This document shows positions 52,145 to 62,937 of a DNA stretch of 62,937 bases, piece by piece. Below the pieces are notes generated by a model. That model made no database searches. It was not told the origin of the DNA and saw only the letters and a list, made by a program, of their open reading frames with translations. The number at the start of each line of letters is the position of its first letter. Positions within the stretch are counted from its first letter, which is position 1. Made by a program: the position numbers and the translations under genes. The DNA is taken from assembly GCF_026571515.1 (NCBI RefSeq), contig NW_026863253.1, positions 62,001 through 124,937 on the forward strand. Direction: 5' to 3'. The stretch comes from Ruditapes philippinarum (taxonomy: Eukaryota).

Positions 52145-55100
52145 ATCACTTGGTTTACCTTTCTTGTATTTATAATCACTTGGTTTCCCTTTCTTGTATT
52201 TATTATCAGTTGGTTTACCTTTCTTGTATTTATAATCACTTGTTTACCTTTCTTGTATTTATAATCACTTGGTTTACCTTTCTTGTATTTATTATCAGTT
52301 GGTTTACCTTTCTTGTATTTATAATCACTTGGTTTACCTTTTTTGTATTTATTATCAGTTGGTTTACCTTTCTTGTATTTATAATCACTGGTGATATCTT
52401 GTTGTATTCTACTCATCTCAGCAAGATTGTACTTGTATGATAACACTGCTGGTCGTCCATCCGGGGTCTTAGAACTAATTGATTGACCTATCCTGAAATG
52501 GTGACGTTCACATCACATGGTATGATAATGTTATGGTATATCATAAGGTAGTTAGTTACAACAGCAGTAGTATCAAAACAGCGTGTTCAATCTTTATAAT
52601 ACCATATTATTATATGAATTTTAACTATGGTGCCATATTTAGGCCATGCACAGTTTAATGTGGTGTGACGAGAAATGCAAAATGTTCAAAATACGACAAG
52701 AGTATTCCATCTTATTGAACAGAGCATATACTGTACGGATGTACGATCTGTTGTTGAATATGATGGTAAACTCAAATTTAAGGATGAAAATACTGAATTA
52801 GGTCAAGCAACGTTGTCAACAGGTGATGAAGATAGACAAATAACAATTGTGGTGTTTTTCTTAAACTCTCAAAACGGTGACCTAGTGGTTAATGTGACAG
52901 CCTCACATCCCAGGGTTTATAGGCTCGAGCCCTACTTGGTCCACAACCAAGTTTCCTCTCATGATACCTGTCCTAGGAAGGGACTTGAGAGTGGTTGAAA
53001 TAAACTTAAGTAAACAAGCTCAAAACGCAGTATGTGTAAACTTACTCGGACGGTTTTCGGGCTTTTATCGATACTACTAGTAATAAATCCAATAATATTT
53101 TCAGATCAATGACAAACTAGCAATTTTTGTATTTACCTGGACTCCTCTACATTGAATACTGTCCAGTTGCCCATGTCCACTTTCAGCCAGTGTACAACGT
53201 TAGCGTTAATCTCGGCAAACACGTTACGTACGTCATATTTGACGTCAAGTAATCCGTTCTTAACGGCAATAAGTGGTGCTGGACCACAACTATGAACACC
53301 TGTAATTACCAATAAATTGCTTCTTACCTTCTTAATAAAATCCCTTTTGCCGAATTAACCGTCAAATATTTCATAAAATGTACCCAAATATTTCATAAAA
53401 TGTACCATATAAGTGACAAAATGTATATATTTCATAATGTATTCAGTTTTCTTAAATCAAAACAAAATACAATAAACATGTAAACTTTATTTCTTTGATG
53501 CCGTGTATAATATTTGCAAATACTTGCAAGTGCCCGAAATACTTGTTTAATATTTGATAAGATACGGTTGCTGTGTTTGTTTTCTTATTAGTTAGTTTAC
53601 AAGAATAGCAAAGAACATTTACAAGTATTTTGTAGAAAAGTAAAGTTAACCATTTGTGCTAGAAGTTTGTGGTGTGGCATCTAATGCCTGCCAGTCCTGT
53701 TCATTACACGGTTTAACAACATCCGGTCGCCGCATCCATACGTCATTCCATACGTGAAAATTCCTAGATCAAGGGAAAATAAAATATTTACCTTTTAGTT
53801 TTATGAATCTGTTGATAGTGAAATGTGGACCTATATAAAAACTTTTTACTGGCCACCCGGTGAGCTCAATAGGTATAGCATTGGACTGTGAATTGGGCGA
53901 CCTGGGTTCGATTCCCGGACGGTGCATGTCACTTTCATTGTGACTGGTCATGAAATCTTTTCTACGGTCATTCGCACTGTACCTCTGCTCTGGCATGAAT
54001 AGAAGTTTCACTTCCTTGCGTAAGTAGAGGCATCTTGTACTGGTAAACTGTTTGACAGCCTGCCGAGGAACGATACGGTGGCTGAACTGTGCTCTGGTCA
54101 GTTCAATGCGGCTACCTGCCGTGATCCGGAGTGAAAACCACCAACACCACACCAAATTTCATTATGGTTAGCTTCAGGAATACTTGTTATGTGATATAAA
54201 TATATTGCTGGTATTACACAATTATCTTGTTCTCACCATACAAGATCGTCACTATCGTCATCGTCGTCACGCATTTCTTCTATAGATCCGTCTTCCTTTA
54301 ATTCATAGTAGAAATCTATAGCCAGTCGTCCGTCCGTCCCGCGTCCAGAGTTATAACTGGTCACACATCTACATGGAATACCGATTGCCCTACAAACTAA
54401 ATGGTACCATACATTACCAAATACAATGTATATAAAACATAAATTACGTTAAACCGCTTGCACTAGCACTGTTGTGGGTTCGAATCCCAATAAAAAGAAA
54501 CTCCTTTTTACTAGCCTTCTAGCATATTGAAAACCGGTTGTTCTACCAAGGCCAGTTTATGTGCTATGGATTCATCCTTAAGCCTGGGACGGAATTTTAA
54601 GTCCCAGCTTAAACGTTTAAGTTGCGACCTGACCATTCATGTGTCAATGACTCTAAAAACGATTCTTAAAACTTATTAATATATCTTTAAAAAATGCTTA
54701 TTTAAACCTATCAAATTGATACATTTCTATTGTCTCCATCAATATCTGAAATACTTTTGGCAAATGTGCACATTGTAGACCAAAAACAGTAAGTTGTTGC
54801 CGATTTTGCAACCATTCTTTAGAAAATTCAAACGAAGAATTGCCTTTTAATTAAATAACGCCAAAGGTAGTACATCTTAAATATTTTAAATTAAAGGAAT
54901 ACAATTAGTTCAAATAAACAAACATACTCGTTGTAACAAGTCCAGCATAGACAAAACATTGTCCATATTTAACTGGTTCCGCATTATCTCCCTTGCATGC
55001 AAGAACATTTTCCAGATATTGTTTCAAAATGGCGACACTTCCGCTCCACGTGGTTGGAGGGCGTCCATCTGTGAAATCATTCGTTGACCATTTCCCTCTC

Positions 55101-56118
55101 AGAACACCACAATTGTTTTCATTATCATTCAGCTGTAACAAAATATATTTTCATTTTACAAACATATTGACGCATGCGCATTGCAAGCTTAAAATTTCAA
55201 CAATTTAAATAAATTTAATACAAATGAAACTGTGTTCTTTTCATTTCAATATGATGAAAATTGGTTTGATTAACAGACAACTAAATTAAATATCATTAAT
55301 AATTTAGGTAGTGGTATTCGCATCTCAATCCAAGGATCGTGATTGTGAACCCTTATGGGGTCACGCCCATGTTTTCTCATTTGCCACCAAAGGTTATAAC
55401 AGGAAACAGGTTCGAGACTTGTAGGCCCCTACAAATAAGTTGCAAGCCTTCTTCTCGTTCTATACTGATGGTAAAGGTTAATCACTTCCGGTTCTAGCAG
55501 GTTTTGGTTAAAAACACTCAAATGACCTCTTTCAAGAAAGCCACTTACTATCGTAGATATGTTTCTTGTAACAGCGACCGGGTCACCCATAGCTTGAGTT
55601 GTGCGAAAATTGAACCCACGTTTTATTATATATAAACAAGCTTCTAAAATGCCACTTTCAAACTGAAATAGACGAAAAACTTATTGAATATGCCGTTTCC
55701 TAAATGAATTTAAAGAGACGGATTCTTTCAAACTAAAGGGCATATACAATGTAAATACAACAAAAAAGTGCTAAAATTGAAATTGAATGATAATCAGTAA
55801 TGTACATGTAAAGTTCATCAATTAAAATATTAAAATACGTGTGTGTATTGTCTTAGAAATGCTACTCTTGAACTGGAAAGGAACACAAAAGTTTTTCAGA
55901 ATCCACTAAAAGTGTCCATAAATTGCAGTAACAGGAGTTATAAGCAATGCTTCTAAAATGGCTATGCCGTTATATTTCTAATGTTAAACAAAGTCTTTCT
56001 TTAATTTTCTAAACAAAATGATATCTAAACTTTTAAATATATCAACAATAATTCTTCTGAAATTTGTTATTATTCACATTTTTAAAAGTTCTATATTGGA
56101 ACCTGGAGGAAATAAAAG

Positions 56119-56171
<53 letters not shown>

Positions 56172-59100
56172 GTCAGTCAGTCAATCAATCAATCAATCAA
56201 TCAATCAATTTTAACTTAGAGAATATATTACCTGACCGAACACCCATGGTTTAACATTCATACGTTTCCGGCATCCTGTAAACATGATGCCTGCAGAGTT
56301 CAAAATATACTCGTCCAGTAGGGGCTCTGGAGGGAAATACGCTGTATCATCTATATAAAAGTAAAGAAATGGTACCAATTCAATTTACATGTTTTGATTT
56401 TGTTCCAAATGTTAAATGCTCTAATTATATACATTATTGAAGAATTATTAAACACATATTTGACATTTGAAATTTGAATTAAAGCAATATTGATTTCTGA
56501 TGCATTATGTGCCTTGAAATTCATAAAATGACATTCTCGAGCTTCAGATCAATAAACAAAAAAAAAAAAAAAAAACTAACAAAAAAACTGTATCGAAGTT
56601 AGGTTAATGCGAATAGATTATCTGTCACCCATTGATAAACATAACAAAGGAAAATACTAAATTATTTTTATATATGAAACATACTTTTGCACCAAGGGTC
56701 TATTGATAAACATAACAAAAAGAAAATAGTAAATTATTATTATATATGAAACATACTTTTGCACCAAGGGTTAAAGAGGACGTAAATTCTGTCTGGATGC
56801 TCGTAAGTGACGGTAGCAGTCTCTGTCTCGGACCGTAGTATACTCTGTAATGAAAACTTCCAGTCGGATACGATACAATCTGCTGGTGTGAACACCCATA
56901 AGTTTGCTACAATACAATCCTGAAAATAAAATTGTATTTGTTAAACATACAATGTCTTTTATTTATCCATTGTGAATGTTTTAACATGTATAGCAGGTAC
57001 TGTCAAATACATTTGTTTTAGAAACTGAATAAAATTTCATAAAACAGACATTTATTTCATGAAGAAAACATATTAAGAAATTATTTACAGTAATTCCTCT
57101 CTTAAAAACAACAGCGTTACGAACAAAAATAAGTCGCACAAACAACATAAAACAGGGTAGTAAAATATGCAACAATCATATGAGTTAAGTTTGGAGTTTA
57201 AGTTAATAGTTGGAACAGACTGGGGTATTTCGTATCGAAATTGCATCCAAGAGTGATAGGGAAAATGTTCTACGTTGCATCCTCCAAATTTTGAAATAAA
57301 AGCACATCTTTAAAAACAAACCCGGATACTTTTAGAAACTGTGTTTATTCCTTCTTCAGCCGACGGCTCTACAACGGAAGTGTCGAGGGCTCTCATTCAA
57401 ACAAATCACTATGTGGAATGCATCAAAGATTTAACATTTTGTTGTTTCCACGGAGCGAAACAGGGACCTTATAATATTAAAAACAATGCCTATACGCTAT
57501 TTCACAAGAATAGGGAACTGGATTATAAATGATTCTGATTATGAAAGATTGTCTTATACTATCTATAGAACTAGTTTGTAGTCATGTATGTAACTGAGGT
57601 TGTTGATATTCTTACTCATGCACACATATAAGCATAAGGCTCAATTTTTTTTAAATACACTTCAGTATTTACAATATAACTGTGATATACTTTACCCTAT
57701 TTTTAGTACCAATAACTGGTAGAAAGTCAGATTTCCATCCACTGGAACCCTGGGAAGTGTATGACGACAAACAAACCATTGTGTCATTTCCGGGTAACGG
57801 TTTGTCTCCTAAAAAAGATGAATTTAAAACAACAAAAAAACAACAACAACAACAACAACACAATTTATTTCCCATTATTCAAGCTTTAAAAATACGCCAC
57901 CTAGGATGCAATATTTATGGAGATGAAAAACTTGAAAAATGTTGCTTTAATGGTATTATTTATGATTCCTAAAACAACTCAAGATTCGTGCCTTTTCAAA
58001 ATATCATAACTTTATTTTCAAGAAATTATCTACATCCTTATGAATAGGAAAAGTATGAACTAAGAATAATTGCATAGGAGTGGTCCCTAAGATTGATGAA
58101 TATCAAACTTTTTTGTAAGCATGTGTACCCACAAATCAAAAGGGAGGGAGTTTATTCGAAAGAAGTCTTTACAAGAAATATATGATCTTTATCGAAACAT
58201 TCATTATTCTATTCCGATACAAACATGTCTTCGACTTACCTGTTTCGAAGTAAAATTTGAGTTCGTCATTCAAAGAATTATATGGACGGTTAAAGGTCAA
58301 GGTTATTTTGAATGGTTGACCTCTGCGCACTACAAGCGTACCCGATTTAGGTAAACTGAATTTCTTGGTATGATGGTGTTCAGCATTTTCCCAGGCCCAC
58401 GTTTGTAACTTCCGGATATACAGAGGAACTATAAAAATAACAATTTGCACTGGTTTCATTTCTAAGAAAATATAAAATGAACTTTTATATCATACAAACT
58501 TTGAAAACTTTAACTTTGAAAGTGCTATCTAGTATTTTTTATTATATTTTAGTACTGTGGGCAAATGTGTTAAATGTAAAATAAACTGGTTCATATTTAA
58601 TATCAAATTAAACATTAAATTGCCATCTTCGTGCAAAATTTCCCAAATCGTAACATTTTTTTTTGTAAAGTCGATAGAGTACTTTATGACTTGATCGGCA
58701 CAAAAGGTATTTTTGATATAAATGAATTTTATAATTCAAATTTCTTTTGCTTTTAAAATCAATACTTCTATAATTCATGTTATTATATTTGATCGTTTAG
58801 CTATTCTACCTCTTCATTTGGTGGCCTTATTTAATTTCTATCGAAATGTTGGGCAAAAATAATTGTCTCTAAGGGTTAAAAAATATATTTTGCTAGTTCT
58901 TTAATCTTTTCATTGATGAATTGAAAATTAATTTATTTAATTTTTTATTCTTTACCATTTTTGTCACGAATAACGGACCCCGGAAGTATGGTCTGTTTAG
59001 AAGGTTTGTGGGTAACGATTTCTTCATCTGTTCCTAGAGTGGGCGGAGTCAAAATAACAGTCCGAAAAACTGGTTTCTTTTTCCCAAATGTAATCTTTAA

Positions 59101-59640
59101 AATGTAAAAATAACATGCAAGGGTCTAAATTGTTTTATATCGATTTTCAGGAACTTGCCTCTAGATTAAAAATAATATTTTTGAATTTTGCTTGCTTCTA
59201 TCAAGTTTTCTTTTTTCAATATAAAGAAATGTAGTTCAAATTTTCGGTTCTATGACCATAATGCAATTTAAATCTGATTATGCGCTATTAAAGTAAAAAT
59301 AATACTTGTACAGTCTGCTTAATTAAAGTCCTGTGCCTCTACACCTCTAACATTTAATGATATTGTGATTGATATCCATGTTATCTATCTTGCATAAGTA
59401 CTGATCTTACAATAGTTCATTTGCTATGCTTTAAATAATACATCAATTTGACGTCACCTTTTCGTCGATAAATATTTAGAAAATATGAAATACTTGTCAT
59501 ATTTTCATTAATACGTGCAACGTGTCATAATAAGCATGTATAATTTCACAATATATTACTATATTATATTTACTTAGTTTGACCTTTTGAGAAATCATTT
59601 TATGCATTATTTGAATGTATGATGAATATCTTACCCCCAT
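47351..59640 (-). CDS. Transglutaminase, about 811 aa; exons 59640-59635, 59094-58956, 58428-58240, 57808-57696, 56919-56757, 56350-56232, 55662-55549, 55132-54928, 54396-54237, 53763-53651, 53299-53137, 52492-52368, 49582-49509, 49105-48907, 48432-48272, 48036-47897, 47603-47351
   Basis: [40 protein letters not shown], catalytic [40 protein letters not shown]; 2436 nt in frame; the first two exons are the least certain. Confidence 0.9.
49270..49400 (+). mobile_element. SINE fragment with B box, second family
   Basis: gtgggttcgaatccc..gggattttggattctttcatgtgag...gcacctgaggttttcctccacc. Confidence 0.6.
49748..52140 (+). mobile_element. 5'-truncated, frameshifted CR1/L2-group LINE, antisense in a transglutaminase intron
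   Basis: Begins at the end of the APE domain (SDHFPI); RT pieces [36 protein letters not shown]; several frameshifts and a stop; AATAAA plus (ATT)n tail; TATAAT on both sides. Confidence 0.92.
52141..52389. repeat. 30-bp minisatellite made of transglutaminase exon end plus splice donor; continues at 49702-49747 beyond the LINE
   Basis: About 8.3 units of tataatcacttggtttacctttcttgtatt, two alternating variants, one 29-bp unit. Confidence 0.95.
53852..54150 (+). mobile_element. tRNA-derived SINE, best-preserved copy
   Basis: A box tgagctcaatagg, loop ctgtgaa, B box ggttcgattcc, core ggtcatgaaatcttttctacggtcattcgcactgtacc, (cac/caa)n tail. Confidence 0.8.
56119..56207. repeat. (AATC)n microsatellite
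   Basis: About 22 units with a short (AGTC) interruption. Confidence 0.95.
56631..56771. repeat. ~71-bp tandem duplication spanning a transglutaminase exon/intron boundary
   Basis: attgataaacataacaaa...gaaacatacttttgcaccaagggt occurs twice. Confidence 0.9.
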
Positions 59641-60719
59641 AATCAGGTTCAAAAATCCTTTACAACAGAATCTTGTTAAAACAGCACAAACTCACAAAAA
59701 CATCCATATAAGACAACTTTATACATGTATTATAAGTATAATATATGTATGTAAAAAATAGGTTAACTTATTGAAATTAAATATCGGATATGCATTGTTA
59801 AAGTATTTATAAAAGTGAATTGAAAAGAGTGTCATAGATTGTGGTTTAAAACAAAAGGCTGAAAACAAAGACATTTTATATTTAAATCGTTTGTTATAAC
59901 CAATCGACCGGATAGTTCAAGACGGTTCAACTGTGAATATCGACTTTTCAAATTATGCAAAGCGGATTACACCATTTTATTATATATTGTTGTGTTGTTT
60001 TGTTGTTGTTGTTGTTTCTTTTTTGTAAATTTAATTTCAATAAATTATGATTATTATAATTTCACTCATTTTGTACTAAGCTCAATTCTGAAGGAAAATG
60101 GTTTCCTTAATTGTGGATTCTTACTACTCATACGTAATATTTAAGGAAACATAACCGTTACACCAATTAGGCTCACACCCACGATCCCTACGCTAGAAGG
60201 TAGTTACATAACCCATTAGGCAGCTGCTTATTATTTTGTAAGTTTGATTAAATAATACAAATGTAACTGTTTTTTAATAGTCACCATCCGACTTATTCAA
60301 GAAGAGATTCGAACCCACAAAGGCATGTGATTCCGAGTCGATGAGGGTAACTAACACAGTAAAACAACAATTCGGCAAAAATATATTTATATCGAGTTAA
60401 CCAAAACTACAAAAGAGCAGTCGTGCCGCAAAGTTCACAACCATGTTCAAGTTTCAATCGGTGATATGAACATTTCTACAAAGACAAAGGGATGACTCTT
60501 TTCAAAATTATGTGACTGAAATTCTGCTAATGCTTTAAATTATTTCCGGTCTTGTTTCAATAATTATCTCCTAACAGGTAAACTCTTCAATACATAAACA
60601 TGAAACTTTTGTTCTCATCTGAATTGGAATTACTCTTCCAGTTACTTGTTAGGAGTACAATAACTTAAGTAGTGATCGATAAAGAGGAAAATATAAGTAT
60701 TAAGAACTATTTACCCGAA

Positions 60720-60955
60720 ATGAGATGAATAAACGAATCGGTTTGAGTACAGAATTAACCTAGCGTCTGTGACGTAGGATGTTTGTGATGTCAATAACGT
60801 GGGCGTCACTAATTAGAAACGACTTCAACGCGAAAAACAACAGTAACTTTTATACGATATCAATATTAAAAAGTGTAAAATGAATGCAGAATTGAGGACG
60901 ACGATATTATAATAATCAAGAACATGGACAGAGGCGGTAAAATAGGTAAATTAAT
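60720..60955 (+). repeat. Diverged duplicate of 62390-62630 including putative first exon MDRGGKI (60924-60945)
   Basis: gaacATGGACAGAGGCGGTAAAATAG|GTAAATTAA is identical in both copies; upstream parts are diverged. Confidence 0.75.
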
Positions 60956-61074
60956 TATTTGATTTTTAAAAAATGTATGCTTGTTACTAAATGTTCACTG
61001 ATTTATAACAGAGGTCGGGTAAATGAAAAAAAAACCTGTAGAATTTCGACTTAATGTCGACTAATATGATACAA

Positions 61075-61590
61075 TTTGTTTATAACATGCATGATTACTG
61101 TTTGTATATACATGATTACTGTTTAGTGCAGGCTTGATTTCTGTTTAGCATATGCATGATTACTGTTCAGTACATGCATGATTAAACTTTAGTACATACA
61201 TGATTGGTGTATTGTATATGCAAGATTGATGTTTAATACATGCATGATTTCTGTTTAGTACATGCATGATTACTTTTTAGTACATACATGATTGTTGTTT
61301 AGTACATGCATGATTTCTATTAAGTACATGCCTGATTTCTGTACAGTACATGTATGCTATTGTTTAGTACATAATGATTACTGTTTAACACTGCATGATA
61401 ACTGTTTAGTACACGCATGATAACTGTTTAGTACACGCATGATTACTTTTTAGTAAATGCATGATTACTGTTTAGTACATGTATGATTACTGTTTAGTAC
61501 ATAAATGATTACTGTTTAGTACATGCATGATTACCGTTAAGTACATGGACGATTACTGTTTAATACACGTTATAGTACTGTTTAATACTG
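61075..61590. repeat. 22-bp minisatellite, roughly 23 units
   Basis: Consensus tacatgcatgattactgtttag. Confidence 0.9.
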
Positions 61591-62599
61591 TTTTAGTACA
61601 CATATCTTTATGTAAATAATTCCTCTTCACAATTTGATCAATTATATACTAGTATGTAGAATAGAATACAAACATAATAAATTTGTGTCATTGAAAAAAA
61701 CACAACAGCAACAACAAAATATTCCTCAACAAGTACTACATTTTTAAGAAAATATTTATCACCCAAGCTGATGTTGTAAGAACGCATGATTTAACACCTC
61801 TTTGTATTTAATGATTTTATGATATTTTGTATACGAAAAGACTAATAATTATGGTAAAATGACACAATGGTAGCCGTAAGTACATAAGTATTTTGCATTC
61901 TTTACCTGTCACATACCCATGCCGATTTTGCGACTGCGTACAAACGGTATTGCACGGCCGTACATATATTTTGACTTGACGTTATTTGCGTAAAACTAAC
62001 ATAGTGTAAAGATGCGCTAATGTTAGCGTTACACAAAATGGGCGTTAATGAAAACAGGATTCTTTTGCATTTTTAGCAGTCTTATTTTGGGTATGTGATA
62101 AAAAGAATATTTCATTTGTACAGGTTCATTACTGAATTTATTGAACTCATTGAATATAATAATATTTTGCTCGCCAGAGGCTCGCATTCAACTCGTTCAG
62201 TATATCCAGTACTGAACCTCCACTCATTCAATATCCTCTATTTACGTCTTCTTTCTTATGATAGTATAATTATCAATTATAAATTATCAGTTAATGGTCA
62301 AAATTACGAAATTGATAATTATCATCATTTTAACACATTTTGAACAAAGTCATTTGTCCTGTGTAAAAATACAGTGAATAATTAGCAACTAGTATGTTAG
62401 AACGAAACGGTTTGAGAACGAAATTAAATCGACGTCTATGACGTCGGACTACTATGATGTCACTGACGTTATCGCCATTCATTAGAAACGACGTTTGCGC
62501 TAAATGCAACAGTATATTCTAGATCACATTAAGAGTGTTTTATGGATGAAGAATTAAATTTAGAGATGTTAAAACGCGCCATTCTAGTTATATAGGAAC

Positions 62600-62937
62600 A
62601 TGGACAGAGGCGGTAAAATAGGTAAATTAACAGACAGTATTTGTTTGTTTGTTTTAGTTGATATGGAATATACCTCATCAAGAAATTTGTTAGAAAATTT
62701 AGATATTTTAATATGCGCGAAATTTTGCTTTTCCAATGTATGGAACTAGAAATAAGACCGCATGATATAATTTGTATTTCATCAATATATCTTTGTATCT
62801 CATCGAAAAGCTTACGATACTGAACTTTTTACTTAGGGGGCAGGGGACCTAAAAATAAACAATTTTGTATTTCAGTGTGGCCAGAAACACAAATTGCAAA
62901 TATTTCAAAATCTGTTACACTGGCAGATAACCAGTTG
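62600..62937 (+). CDS. Putative start of an unidentified gene; exons 62600-62621 and 62876 to window end
   Basis: ATG GAC AGA GGC GGT AAA ATA G|GT joins tttcag|TG giving MDRGGKIVWPETQIANISKSVTLADNQL, open to the edge. Confidence 0.45.

Noticed and set aside
52141-52389. CRISPR-like array
   Set aside because: Head-to-tail repeats with no spacers, no cas genes, eukaryotic context
53852-53926. tRNA-His gene
   Set aside because: Stems are imperfect and the head is fused to a body shared with two other dispersed copies, so it is a SINE
61075-61590. CRISPR-like or coding repeat
   Set aside because: No spacers and no sustained ORF; ordinary minisatellite

Overview
AT-rich, intron-rich eukaryotic DNA, most likely from a bivalve mollusc. 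This is inferred from the repeat families and the RING-less B-box/NHL gene, not proven. Hand-spliced GT-AG gene models with consistent intron phases: the first coding exon of SLX1 (-); a B-box/coiled-coil/NHL protein (+); a 3-exon CYP1-like cytochrome P450 (-); a secreted two-domain pacifastin-like inhibitor (+) nested antisense in P450 intron 1 and missed by the ORF track; an apparently intact 6.1-kb PIF/Harbinger transposon (DDE transposase plus a 5-exon MADF gene) about 1 kb upstream of the P450; a 10-exon D-amino-acid/D-aspartate oxidase ending in AKL (+); a convergent 17-exon transglutaminase (-); and the start of an unidentified + strand gene with a duplicated first exon. The rest is dense with MITEs, foldbacks, SINEs, a truncated LINE and satellites, several nested with readable target-site duplications. 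Most unusual signals: (1) a 30-bp minisatellite in the transglutaminase made of exon end plus splice donor, giving five in-frame donors that could add Lys/Tyr-rich decapeptides; (2) the nested pacifastin-like gene; (3) a Met-Gly micro-exon suggesting an N-myristoylated transglutaminase with an altered active-site neighbourhood. All models were read by eye and need RNA-seq or HMM confirmation.
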